Source: Camelus ferus
Taxonomy: Eukaryota
Direction: 5' to 3'
Length of the DNA stretch: 64,000 bases
NCBI RefSeq assembly: GCF_009834535.1
Contig: NC_045697.1
Coordinates: 18,168,001 to 18,232,000 of the forward strand
Shown: piece after piece, positions 25,460 through 38,361 of the stretch
Layout of the letters: every line of letters begins with the position of its first letter
How positions within the stretch are numbered: the stretch's first letter is position 1
Notes under the pieces: generated by a model
Told to the model about the DNA's origin: nothing
Database searches by the model: none
Seen by the model: the letters and a program-made list of their open reading frames with translations, nothing else
Position numbers and translations under genes: made by a program

Positions 25460-26610
25460 AAATTTTTAAAAATCTTTTAATTGTGAGATAGTCATAGGAA
25501 AAATGAAACGCATAAGATTAGTGTAACTCCAGGGTTTATCACAAAGCAAATGGCCACAACCAAGGAGAAGACTGTCACCAGCTCAGAAATTCCCTCATGT
25601 TCCCTCAGTCTTACTCCCTCTTTCCCACCAAAGTGACCTCTATGCTCTGACGTCTATAGTCCTTCCTTCTTTTCTTCAGAGTTTTACCACTTAAGCATGC
25701 ATTCTTGAACACTAACATTTAGTTTTGGCTAGTTTGGGAATTTTATAAAATGAAATCGAACAGTATGAACCTTTATGTTTGGCTTCTTTAACTTAACATT
25801 ATGTTTGTGAGATGGACTTACGCATGTAACAATAAATAAATCATCCATTTTCATTGATGCATATTATTTGATACCTTTTGATGACAAAAATGGCAATTTT
25901 ATAATAGAATTTCACTGTATGAGTGTTTCACTGTTATTCCATTCTACTAATGGAAATGGACTTCTAAGCCCTTTTGTGAACTGTGATGCTGTGGACAGTT
26001 TTATGAATTCTCTTTGGTGAACAAATGTGCACACTTTTCTTGGGCAGAGGCCTGGGAGTGGACGTATAGACACTGGGTTTAAATCTCATTGTGGTTTAAC
26101 TTACATTCCCCTTAACTGTGATTCAAAAAACAGCTTTTAATGTGTTTATTAACTACCCTCCCTTGGGAAGCGTCTGCTCTTGGTCTCTTGACCATTTTTC
26201 AACTGGATTCTTTTTTCTCAATGTACAGACATCCTTTACATATTCTGGAATAAGCTCTTAGTCACTTACATGTGTTCCAGATCTCTCTCTTCACTCTGGT
26301 TGGCTTTTTCACTCTCTTAAAAGTGTCTTTGTCTTTATGGTTTTTGCATTCTATATCCTACTGAGGAAGACTTTCCCTACTCTGAGTTCAGGAATATTTA
26401 TCTATACTGTCTTCTAGCAGTCCTAGTGTTTTGCTTTTTACCTGTAGATGCATTCTTTTGTGTGTAGGGTGTTAGGTGGAGAGTGAAGTTTCATATGAGC
26501 CCCTTTGGATTTCCATTTATTGCAGATTTTCTTTACCCCTCCTGCTCCACAGTGATCTGGTTGTAAAGCAAGTGTTCATATGTGTTTCTGGTTCTCTGTT
26601 CTATTTCATC
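25460..26610 (-). mobile_element. Old, degraded L1 (L1M-type) 3' region
   Basis: tttggcttctttaacttaacattatgtttgtgagat, atctcattgtggtttaacttacattccc, tttacatattctggaat. Confidence 0.7.
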
Positions 26611-26714
26611 CCTCTCATCATACAAGTTCTTGGGGCAACCAAATATGCCTAAAAGGAAAAGGAGGTAAGGAAGTAACAAAAAATTTTGCTGATTATATGG
26701 TTGAAATTACAAAC

Positions 26715-26897
26715 TGCAAACTGGGTTAAGAGCTTAACTCTGCCTCCTACCTGTCCTGTAACATTGGGGTAAGTTGTCTAACTTCTCTGGGGCCCCATTT
26801 CCTGGCCTATATATCTAGCTCATAGTATTGTAAGGATTAATGACTTCATATATGTAAAATATTTACAACAGTACTTGCACACAGTAAGCACTCAGTA
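26715..26897 (+). mobile_element. MIR
   Basis: ctgggtt...ctctgcctcctacc...aacttctctggggccccatttcct...gtaaggattaatga...cacagtaagcactcagtaaa. Confidence 0.7.
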
Positions 26898-26899
26898 AA

Positions 26900-27690
26900 G
26901 GACCTTTAAAGTCCTCATCACAAGAAAGAATTTTTTGTAACTATGTATGGAGATGGATGTTAACTAGACTTATTGTAGTGATCATTTTGTAATGTATGCC
27001 AATATTGAATCATTACGTTGTACACCTGAAACTATAATGCTATATGTCAATTGTATCTCAATTATAATTTTATATGTCAATTATATCTCAGTTAAAAAGG
27101 TAAAATGTCTACTGATACACACCGCATTAGGCTGAATGAACCAAGTCTTTCCCAAGAGCGCACGTACCATACGGTTCCCTTTATATGGAAATTGAGAATA
27201 GGAAAGATTAATCTCTGGAAGAAAACAATTTTAAGAGTCTTACCTTTGGGGGAGTGCAAATTTAAATTTACTGGGAAGAAGCATTCGGGGATTTCTTAGG
27301 GTGACAGAAATACTCTATATTTTGATAAGAGTTTGAGTTTCACAAGCATACATATTTATCAAAGTATATCAAATGCTACTTTTACAATTTTCATGTTATT
27401 TATATAAATTTTACCTAGAAAATCACCCAGAAACAAATATTGAACTCTGGTTAACAATGTGTATGCTGAAGTATTTATGACTAAAGTGAACTCATGCCTA
27501 CACAACTCTGAAATAAAGCAAAAATAATGGATTAAAGGAAGAATTGATAGATATGTAATAAAAGCAAGTATATAGTAAAATGTTTATTACAAAATCTAGG
27601 TAGTATGTGTATAGGTGTTCAGTGTAAAAATATTTCCACTTTTCTGCATGTTTCAAAGTGTTGATAATAAAAGTATAGTTAAATAGAACA
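26900..27690 (+). mobile_element. L1 3'-end fragments (younger tail 26900-27097, then older L1M 3'UTR)
   Basis: gatggatgttaactagacttattgtagtgatcattt...tacacctgaaact; then ggttccctttatatggaaatt...gggtgacagaaatactctatattttgat. Confidence 0.7.
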
Positions 27691-30243
27691 CATGTATATA
27701 TAATGTGTAGAATATTATAAATGAATGTAAAGTATTTGGCCCTGGGCAAAAAAAAAAAAAAAGTAGTCACGATCGCTAATCTGCAGTTTAAAAACTCATT
27801 TAGTGCCCTAACCTGATGTCTAAAATTAAATTTATTCCACTTAGTACCAGTATTTATACATTTTTACAGAAAAAATATCAAGGAGTTTGATTACAGGGTG
27901 CTGTCCAGGTCCCATTGGAGTGTCTGCATCTTGCTTTCTAAAAATGTAAATTTCTAAATTCTGAAATACATCTGGCCCAGGAACTCAGCCAGGGATGTGA
28001 CCTGTATTAGCTCATAGTTTTGTAGCTTTGGGCAGGTGGGCCTCAGATCCACATTAATAATAGCATCTAATCCAGTCAATTCTACCTCACAGGCAAAAAA
28101 GTACTTTAGAATGAAAGTATTTTAGAAGTTTGTGTGTAAACATAGGCTGTACTTTGAAATGCTAAATGGTGCTAGTGTCTGTATCAGAGATGGGATGAAG
28201 ATAGGAAAATATGTTCCCCTAGAGGGACAGATCCTAGAGTTGCACACACACACCATTTGCCCTTTCTCCACAGGTGGTGCAAGTACCCTAAACCTACAAT
28301 CCCAAAAGCTGTTTGATTGAATCAGTGTTTTTCTTTTCCAACTGGAACATAAAAGGAGGACCTGAGACCTCATTTCTCGTCCTAAATTTTTGACATTTCA
28401 ATCTGTCAGCTCCTTGTTGGGAGTGACATGAAAGCAATGTGAACACAGTTAGATATAAAGGCCACAGTTACTGGGGGGAGGCGGGTCAGGATGAATGTCC
28501 AGTTACGGCCTGCCCTGGGAAGCCCTGAGCCATGTCTGCGGGCCGCCTGACCAGGGCTGGAGGCGGAGCTGAGCTCAATGAGCACGCGCAGTTGCGTGCC
28601 TATCCCCGGCCGACTCTGCTTTAGAAGTCTCTCCGTGGAAAGGTGCTGGCTGTTCACTGTCTCCAAGGACTGACTTTTAAGTCCAGCACCTACAGGCAAA
28701 GTCATTATTCCTCTAATAGAAACCACCCAGCCCAATTTGATTTCTAGTGCCCACTCTCCAAGCAATCTCTCAGCCCTTGGACTGATGTGACCAGCATTCG
28801 AGGCTGTGGAGTAATGACCTCAGAGTCCCGAGGTTCCCGATGAGTCTAATCAAAGCTTCCCACTCCCCTTCTCCTAACACCAGAGGTTCCCAGTGAAACT
28901 ATAACTGTTAACATGTACTGAGGACTCATCACGTGCCAAGTGCTGCTCTATGGGCTATAAGTATTTTAGTTCATTTTACTCTACCACATAAGGACCATTA
29001 CACCCATTTTACACAGGAGCAAATGAAGGCAGGAAAAAGCAAGGGGCAGAACAGGAAACCAGTCTCAGGCAGTTTGACCTCAGAGTTAGTGTGAAGAACC
29101 ACTGACTTCTCAGCCCCAAGGTGAACCTGACTCTGTGGGTTCCTGGAAGCAGCACTCTTGGCTTCTTCCCCCTGAGGTTGGGGAGAACGCTTGGTTTTGG
29201 AGTGAAACCAACCTAGTTTCAAAGAAGCACATCCACTCAGTTGTGGATAACTGGGCAACTAGTAAACACACTAAGGCTGCCTTCCCTTAGCTATAAAACC
29301 AGGACGGTTTGGCAGAGGGAAAGGGCCTGGGTATTGGAATGAGACCCCAGCTCAGCAAATTCTGAGTAATCCCACGTCCTGCCTGCTAACCCCTCTAGCC
29401 CAGCTAGAAACGGGGCTGCTCTTACCCCAGGGAAGGTGTCGTGTGGGCACTGGAGAAAATCTTTGACCTGAATATAGCTGGGTTGCTGTTACGTTAAGCC
29501 TCCCACTCGTCTTCTTGAAGCCAGGTTGGAGGGAGACACATGTGTGGCAACACGGAGAATATAGGGCAGAGCAGGTGAAATAAGGGCCACGGTTTGCCAA
29601 AGCCAGGACCGGCAGGAGGGACGTTCTCATGGTGAGAGTAGCCCCCCTCGCCTTTCTCAGCCTGGCTAATCTAGCTCTGTCCTGTCACAGACCCAGGGCT
29701 CCAGCTAACCAAAGTGTCTGACTGCTGAGTCCAAGCCGTGAGGGCAGAAAGCATCCCAGAGCCTGATAAGGCCAAACAATCCTGGCTTTGTTTTGGGAGG
29801 ATTTGTCCCTGAGTTTCCAGTTGGCTTCTATCTATGTCTCAATGTCTCTGACCTCTTCAGCCTCAGAGAAGCTAAACTCGGAGATTCAGATTCTTGGGGA
29901 GGAGAGAGCCGGGGACAGGGAGCCCTGCTAGCCCGCCATGGCTGGGATCTCGGGCGACGCCGCGTCCGGGCGGGTTGGGCGCGCGGCAAAGCAGCCGGGG
30001 CTCAGGGCGCGCGGGGCGCCGGCCGACGGTGCGCGGGGACATCCGCCGCCTTTGGGCGCGGGGGACCGTCTGAGGTTTCTCCTCGCAGCCCGTCCGCTTC
30101 TTTCCTCCACGCAGCGGCCGAGGTCGCGATGGGCTCATTAAGCCGGCAGGTAGGCAGTGCCCCGGCGGCGGCAGGCGGTCCTGGAATGTGCGAGGGGCGT
30201 GATGACTGCAGCTGCCGCCGGCCTTTTTGCGCAACACCTTCAC

Positions 30244-30251
30244 TATATATA
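30244..30251 (+). promoter_or_regulatory. TATA box (TATATATA)
   Basis: An AT island inside the CpG island, about 60 nt upstream of a consensus donor CG|GTGAGT. Confidence 0.75.
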
Positions 30252-30274
30252 CCCTGGTGGTGCGCTCCACCTGG

Positions 30275-30312
30275 GTGCCTGCTCCGGTCCATTACCTGCG
30301 CAGGGAGCACCG
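30275..30312 (+). other. SLC34A2: SLC34A2 non-coding exon 1 (5' end estimated at about TATA+30)
   Basis: Ends at the donor gcaccg|GTGAGT (30313) and has no ATG. Splicing to 39998 gives a strong Kozak context, ccgACCATGG. Confidence 0.75.
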
Positions 30313-32234
30313 GTGAGTACCGCCGCTGGGACCAGGGTGCTTCCTCCTCCTTTCTCGCTCTTGAAATCACCCTAATTCACTTATAATTTACTTAATTTTT
30401 TTTTTAGATTTCCCTCAACGCTGACCTCAAGGAACTTGGCTGGCTTTGGGCTGTGGAAGAGAAAAAAATAATAATCAACCTTCTCCAAATTTTCAGATCT
30501 TTTTTTCTTCTTAATGTTAGTGCTGTTGCTATTTTTTCAACTCCTATGACTACACAATTTGTAGTGGCACGCTTGCGGGACTCTAAATTATGGATGTTTT
30601 AGGATTCCTACCACATAGGGATCAGGACGTCTGGGCTCTCTTTTTGGTCACTAACTAGCTGTATGATCTGAGGCAGGTTCCTGTGAGCCCCTGGGCCTCA
30701 GTTTCCCCCTTTACAGGAAGCGGAACAGAATGGTCTCCGTCTTTCCTGGGCTGGAAATTCCAGGTTTGGACGGTTGTCCTATGATGCAGTGCCTTCCCCA
30801 GTGTGACTTCCACGTGCTACTTACTGTTCCTGTTTGCACGGTTATTTATCTGCAGGATATGCTGGACACAACAGGGGAGGCAGCATCAGCAAAGGGTCTG
30901 CCCCTCAGGTTGACTTGGGAGAGCAGAGCCCATAATTTTTCAGTGTTTTAAAAGTCAGAGGGTACCAGGCAGTGGACTGGGGAGATGTGTGCAGGTGTGG
31001 TTGTGCTGGGGAGACCAGGCCATAAAGAGGAGGGACTTGGAGTAGAGTTAATTCAGTGTTCAGAGTCCCTGGTTAACTGGAACTGAGGTGAAGGGTCTCT
31101 CCTTTTCCTTCAGTGAAGAGGCAGCTTTGTCAACTTGTTGATTTCATGGAGGTGGCTTGTTGATTTCATCACTGAGAATTTCCTCTTCCTCCCTGTTTAG
31201 GTTCACCAAGAAATTTGTGTTTGCTCTGCTTGCTCCAGCCCTGTTTGACTTTTTCCTTTCCCCCATACTATGCTGGAATTCTCTGACCTGTTCTGTTTTG
31301 GGTATTCTTGAAAAAGTTGTGCCTCCTGGGAGTGACCATTGTTATGGATTGTGTTTGAATTTCTCGCTCTTGCCAGCCAACCAGCTGATAATGATCTCTA
31401 TTTTTGTAACTTTGGGAACTGGTAGCTAGAAGGGCAGGTTTGTGAAGGTTTTTGGGTGTTCAACTGCCTCCTCTAAAATCCACCCCCTATCACTCAACCA
31501 TCTCACTGAACCAAGTCCCCAGTGGTAGGAGAATGGCGGTCTCGGTTATTGCTGTTAGACACAAAACGGACATAAGAATAGCCTGAATTCACTTTAATGA
31601 AGAAAACAGCTTCTCAGGATCAGTGATTTGGAATACATTTTTAACCGTTAGCCACCTTCTACCCTGCCTTCCTCCCCTCTTCCCCCTCCCTCCACCCTGG
31701 GGACAGAAAGGCAGTATCAGCAGGGGGTAGTCAGGACATCCCAATGAATTAATCCACCACCAGTGAATTTAGAAATGCGAAAGAGTGCAGAAAGAAGGCT
31801 ACAAAGAGATTGCAATATGTTTAAGATGTTTTTATAAATTAACCTTTTTAACCTCCCTAATATAATGTAAAATTATTAACATGGTTATAAGGTAATTACA
31901 GGATTTATTGAAAGTGCACTGTGAGGGTGGGTGTGGTTTGGCAATAGAGTCCTCATTTAAAGCGATAGCGTAAATGTCTTTTAAAAATCCTATTAGTGCC
32001 TATCTTCAAAACTCTAAACTAAAGCCATTCAAGGTAAAACTGAGCCAGTTGCTTCTCTGTCTGCAGTTCCATAGGCCTCCCTCCACCACCACCATGTCTC
32101 CTGGGAATTATTTTGCTTTGTAAAGGCTGAAGGAAGCTGAAAGAAAGTTATCATCACCCTCTTGGGAATTTTTGAAGTCTTCATCATTCTTTCAAAGTAA
32201 AAGAAAGTATTCTTGAGCATACTGAGAACTTTGG

Positions 32235-32465
32235 AGGTAGACTACCTGAATTTGAATCGTCTCTGAAGGCTTAGTGTGACTTGAAGCAGTTAGTTTCTGT
32301 GTGCCTTGGTTTCCTTTTCTGTCGAATGGGGATAGCATTGGTACTAAGGTATAAATACTTAAAGCAAATAGAAATACCTCAAGTGCGAGTGAGATTAAAC
32401 AGGTTAATTTGTGAACAGGGCGGCTTACTGCAGTGCCTGGCACAGATCATTCAATAAGCATTTGG
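32235..32465 (+). mobile_element. MIR in intron 1
   Basis: acctgaatttgaatc...tgtgccttggtttcctttt...cagtgcctggcacagatcattcaataa. Confidence 0.65.
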
Positions 32466-33864
32466 CTGGCAGACACTGTCCTGCATGCTGGGGCTCCAGA
32501 GGTCATCCTCTCTGTGATTCTGGTGGGAAAGTGAGTGCGTGCTGAGGTCTCTCAGCAGGACGCTGCCCCGTGCCTCCTCCTCTCCCCTCTTCTTCAGATG
32601 GCCTTGAGCTGCTACTGTTGTGAGCACAGGCGGCCCCAGAACAGGTACTGGTTGGGGTTGGAGAGGCTCAAACAATGCAGAGCGAAGGGGCTGGGTGACT
32701 GCCAGGTGCCCTACATTTCCCTGCTGCCCAGGTCTGAGAAGTGCAGAGCAGTTTTTTTTTTTCCCCCTTGGCCTGCAAGAGTTCCTCTTGGCATTGGGTA
32801 TACATGTGGATGCGGGAAGTTGAGCTAAAAGAGTTGTCAACACAGCCAGCTCAACTGGAGGGATGATTTGGGCGGGGGAGGGGAGCCAGGGAGCAGATGT
32901 GTGATCATAGCCACTAATCTTGTGCCTGAGTATTAAAACCCATTTTTCTGGGTATTAGTACCAAACTGCCAAGGGGGATGACTTTACCCTTGTCTACTTC
33001 TGGCTGGTGGTAATAAGAGAGTGCTAGCCTTAGGGGGTGGGCCTTGGGGGAAAGTAGGGAGAGGGAACAGCTTGAATCAAAGGAATGGGATGGGAGAGAG
33101 CCTTTGGAGGGGGCCCGCAGGCTCCAAGGACCCCTTCTGGCCCCCAAAGCCCCTCCCAAGAGAAGTGAGTTCTAGACAGGCCAGTGTCTGTCACACCCCT
33201 GGGAGTAGTGGCCTGATTCTGGCTACATCCTCTGTCTGGCCCATTCAGTGTCATCTCCCCTGCTCAGCTGGGACTCCTAAAAGGCTTGGCATAGGCCAAA
33301 TCCAGGTCTCTGGTATGCCTGAAGCTTTTGTGGGCAGGCTGTTACTAAGAGCATTCTTGGCTGGCATTTCTAACTGTCTGAATGACTTAGGCAAGAGTGA
33401 CCCCTGCAGAGGCAGGAGCCCAGCCAGCTCTCCCAGACATCTTTGGAGCCCCCGCGGAGCCTGACCATAGGTGCCTTGTTGCTTTAACAGGGCCCAGAGG
33501 ATAACTTCCTTCCTCTGTCTCAGCCAGGGGCTGAGACTTCTATGGAAAGACCCCACCTCCTCCCTCAGCTTTGGAACCAATAGTGCTGGGTTCAAACCCT
33601 GACTCCATCCCTGGGCAGCTGTGAGACTTTCTTTCTTAATTTCTCTATGCCTCAGTTTCTTCATAAACTGGAAAGAAGAACTTCCTTATTTTAAGATTTA
33701 ATGGGGTCCCAAATTATATAGGACCCTCCCCCACCACAAAACAAACATTAGATCCTTTTGTCTTATGTGCTTTAGATTCATTTGTTGCACAAATATCTGC
33801 TGAGGTCCACTCAGCTGAGCACTGAGATGAAGAGCTTATGGTCTGGGGCAAAGTGGAGTTTAGC

Positions 33865-34065
33865 TATTCATTGTTTGTGATGCAATTTTTCACAAAGTTC
33901 TGAGTGTTGACTGCCAGGCGCTCTGCTTGGGGCCTCACCTAGACTCCTTCATCCATTAGTCCTACAACAGCTCAGGGAGGGAGATGCATCGTCCCCATTT
34001 TTGAGATGATGAAACCGAGGCTTGGCGAGGCTCAGGGCACACACAGTGAGTGGCAGGACTCCTCA
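33865..34065 (-). mobile_element. MIR in intron 1
   Basis: tgactgccaggcgctctgct...ccccatttttgagatgatgaaaccgaggctt. Confidence 0.7.
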
Positions 34066-34559
34066 GGGCCAGCCCTCACCCACGGTGTGGTTCTCTCTCC
34101 TGGTGCTGTGTGCCAGGCACTATGGTATCAGCAGAGGTGACAGCACCAGGGGCCTGGAGGAGCCTGAACAGCTGCCTTGTCTCAGGGCTAGTCATGGGGC
34201 ATTTGCTCCAAGTCCTCCTTTACACCAGATTTGTGGGGTCAGCCTGCCCAGGAGGCTCTGCTGGCTGGGAGGCCAGGGAGTCAGGACTCTGCAGCCACAC
34301 TGCCAAGCACAGTGGTTCATGCCCAGTGGCCTGCATTTCCCCGCTTCCTGGGTCCTGAGAAAAGCATCTTGAGCTGTAGGGTTGGGGAGGACTGGCGGCC
34401 TCAGAATGCTCTGGGCTGGGTCAGATAACTCCTGGCTGCCTGCTCCTGGAAGGGGCTTAGGTGTGTAGATCTGCATCTCCTCTCCTTACCTGTAGGTGTC
34501 TAGCACAGTGAATGCCCAATGAGTGATGGCGGAGTAGATGAATGTGCCAGAAAATGATG

Positions 34560-34893
34560 TACAGTCCCTTGGTGTCTGTGGGGATTGGTTCCAGGACCTC
34601 CCGTGGGTACCACAATCCACAGATGCTCAAATCCTTTGTATAAAATGGCACAGTATTTGTATAACTGATGCGATTTTCCCGTATACTTTAAATCATTTCT
34701 AGATAATTTATAATACCTAATACAGTGAAAATGCTATGTAAAATAGCTGTAAGTAGAATGTAAATGCTGTGTAAATAGTTGCTAGTATCCTGCAAATTCA
34801 ACTTTTGCTTTTTGGAACTTTCTGGAGTATGTTTTGTTTCTTGGATATCTTCCATCTGCGGTTGGTTGAATCCGAGGATGCAGAGGGCCTGCT
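34560..34893. mobile_element. MER2/MER2B (TcMar-Tigger) in intron 1
   Basis: tacagtcccttggtgtctgtggggattggttccaggacc...gatgctcaaatcctttgtataaaatggc...gttggttgaatccgaggatgcagagggcc. Confidence 0.85.
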
Positions 34894-37800
34894 GAACTGG
34901 TGATTGCTTCATCAAGGAAGTGTTGGTAAAGGGGATTTGGGCTTGTGACAGATGGCTGAACTTGGAGTAGGGGAAGCAAAACTTCCAGGAAGGAAGAGTG
35001 GAGACTTTCATTGGAAAGTCGCCTTTGCTTCTTGGTGATGCTGGTTAATAGTAAATGAGGACCTAGAAGGGAATGGAGCCAGCACAGACATCACAGAGGA
35101 ATTACTGCAGGCACTCCAGCTTGTTGGATCCCTTGCGATAATATCCCATTTTTTCTGTCCAGTTCAGCGGACACGGGTGTCTGCTCCTTCCACTGCATGC
35201 GGTATTATACATGACTTGGCCATGGAAGTGTCTGTTTCTGAATTCACTAGACACTTTATTCATTCTTGGAAAGAAAATGATTCTATTTGGTCAGAAATCT
35301 AGTCACCAAAAACATAATTTAAATAATAGGCAGATAATCATCCTTCTTACACCTTACTGCTGATGGCAGTTTCCTAAGTCGGGCCGCTGTGACATCCAGG
35401 TTGCAGTTTCTTGTTACAGTTCTCCCACAGACCTTGGCCAAACCAACTTGCACATAGTGATGAGGAACAACCACTCATCGGTAAGATTCAGGCTGGATCT
35501 GTTTCCTGGTCAGGATCAACGTGGATCTAGAACATTCCTTCAGCAAACCCTCTATGTTGACTCCTCCATTCACAAGTGTGCTGTGCCCGCTGTGTGCTGA
35601 CCACTGAGCACTGGGAGAAAAGCCTAACAGGGTTTCTGCCCTCTAAAACTTACATTCTCGTCGAGAAGGCAGTATAAGCGTGCGCGAGGGATAGGAGAAC
35701 AACTCGAGGGAGAATTAAGATTATAAGAGGTGACAGAAGATCAGTGTCCAGTTTCCTTCAGAATGCCTCCAAGAGCAGAGACCAGATCTGTACATCCTTA
35801 AAGGTCTGCTGAGAAACCCGCAACAGTTGCAGGCTCAAAGCAGTCTTTGTGTCTGATTTCCTTTTTTTAATTTTTAATTTAGATACATCTTACATTCTGT
35901 ACTGTAATAGGCCCATGCTTGTTTTAGTATGATCACTGATAGTCACACGAGGTTTACAAGATGTCAGGCACTGTTCTGAGAACTTTTGAAACGTAACACA
36001 TAATAATCCTTTGTAGGATTAATCAAATGCAAATCACCTACCAGTCACAATATTTAACATTCCCTTGCCCCAATTATGTGGGTACAAACAGTGCTCCAGG
36101 AAGATATATCCATGTCATGGCCCAGGATACTGAGGATTAAGGGCCCCAGCTTCACTGACAGGTAGAGCTGTGTTTAAAAACTGGCTGTCACTCACCTACT
36201 GGGTGACTTGGAACGGTTTGCTTAAATGTCTTGGAGCCTGGGTTTTCCCATTTGCAAATGGCGATGATCATGACCCTTTCTTATATAAAGATTGGATGAA
36301 ATAACGTGTCTAGCACCCGCACAGCACCTCTTTGGCACTTATTCAACGGTAGTTGTTATCAGAAATCGATGAAAAGATATTGCGGTGGTGTGATAGAGTG
36401 CCAGGTGAGTCACTTGGGTAGGACACGCAGGGCAGGACCAGAGAGGCCTGGGGAACCTAGGCAGAGGAGGGCGGGGGAGGGCTTGGGGTGAGCCTAAGGA
36501 AGATGGGAGGAGGGTCTTCCAGGTTGTGGGGGTTGCCTGGGCAAGAGCAGGGGAGAGGACTCGGGGTCCCAGTTTTAGGCTGGTGTGACCCAAAGGGAGA
36601 GATCATTTGGGGACCAGTGGGCAGTAAAGAGATGAGCCCACACGATCACAGCTGTGAGTTGGGAAAGTTTTTTAACTTGCAGAGAGAAACTGGGGCCCAA
36701 ATCAGTTAAACAGGCCGCTGCACTGGTCCCAGGAACCAGAAACCAGAACCAAGATGCTCCCAGATACAGTCAGTAGTAGGTCCTGGCGCTGGCTGGATTT
36801 GAGGGCCGACAGAGATGACTTGGAAATTCTGGGAAGATGAGAGCAGGAATCACATAAATAACAAAGTTCTACGGAGGGGAATGTTTGGGGTGATGGGGAA
36901 ATGAGCTGGATTTAAGTCAGGGTGAAGTCAAAGTGCTGACTGCTGTAAATGGCCCATGAACAGTGCAGATAGGAGGTTTAAATGCAGGTGCTTTGGCACA
37001 AATACCTGGAGTGGGCGATGCTTTGAGACCATGGGAGCCTCACTTTGTCCCTGAATTCTGGCCAAGTGACTCCATCCCTCTGGGTGCTTTGGTTTTCTCA
37101 TCTATAAAATGGGAACAACACTAACCCCTTACAGGGATGGTAAGATGAATCACAAGAACCAGTTTACAGAAGAGATTACTGTACAGAAATTAACTCGCTG
37201 AAGCTGCCTACTAACCTAGCAGTTGTAAAATGTTATAAACCTGACCCTACATACAGGAAATGGAGGGAAACAGCTGCAGAAGCCTTTGGATTCAAACCTG
37301 GGCTCAAGGCTCCACCACGTGGAACCTTGGGCAAGTCACTTCGCCCCCGTTTGAGTCTTCATCTGTATCATCAGAGAATAGCTCCCTGAATGGGCGGCTG
37401 TGAGCTTGAGCACAGCCTGGCTCAAATATTGGCTCTTGCTGGCTCTGCAGGTCCTAGCACCCTACTCACAAAGCACATGAAGCCTGTTGTGTGCCAGGTC
37501 CTGTGCTGGGTGCTTATTAAGCTGAAATGAAGGACCCAGTCTGTGCCTTCCTGCAAGCCAGCGACGGCAGGGTGTTCCCTGTGATCATGGGAGCGTGTGC
37601 TGTGCTCTGCAGTTGTAGGGGAAGGTTGAGAAAGTTCCCTGGGTTAATCAAGTGTGTGAAAGCCTCTCATGTTGGGGACTCACAAAATCTGTTTCTTTGT
37701 ACTCCTGGCTTTATCAATATGAGTGACAGTGACAGTACAGGTGTCCCTGAACCATCTTACCTTTGTGGGTTTGGAGGTTGGGCTGCATCTCTTAAAAGCA

Positions 37801-38361
37801 TTTGGCAATTTCAGATAAAAGAAAAGAAAAACCACACACAATCTCACCACCCACTTTGAACCCCATGGAAGATTTTTGGATCCTTACTGGGATCATGCTG
37901 TGAATAAGACAAAAATGTGCCTTTTATTCACAATTGACCTAAGCATTTTTCTGTTTTGTTTGTTTGTTTGGCTGCTTCTTCATAACCTTTTTAATGGCAT
38001 GCTATTACGCTGCGTGGCTATACAGCAAGCAGTTAATGTAATCGTTTCCCTGTTAATTTTTAACTCTGTAAATGACAGCGCAGCAAACATCCTTTTTTGG
38101 TTGCGTCACATTCATTCATCAACCGACATTTATTGGGCATTGTCAATGTCCCAGGCAGAGCTGTGGACTCTGAAAATGCAGTGATGAGCAAGATAAAGCC
38201 CCCTTTTTTCGGTCGAGCTTACATTCTAGTAGTCAGGAAGTTTTTCCACTTAAGAAAAATTGGAAAGGAGTCAGGTAGATAGACCCAGCTCTGGGAAACC
38301 CTCTTCAAAGAGGTGATCAGACAAAGGCAGGTATTTTTGACTTTCTGAGAAAAAAAGTGTC

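Larger units (their letters stand above)
29930..30330. promoter_or_regulatory. SLC34A2: CpG island / GC-rich promoter of SLC34A2
   Basis: Dense CpG (cggcgacgccgcgtccgggcggg, gcgcgcggggcgccggccgacgg) in an otherwise CpG-poor window; GC-box-like gggcgg near 29968. Confidence 0.9.

Noticed and set aside
29291..29299. Upstream TATAAA as a promoter
   Set aside because: It lies in MIR-like sequence (ctgccttcccttagctataaaa) with no supporting exon or CpG context.
29793..30386. Long overlapping ORFs (197, 132 and 122 aa) as independent genes
   Set aside because: Stop-codon depletion in a CpG island explains them; they are low-complexity Gly/Ala/Arg-rich with no recognisable domain.
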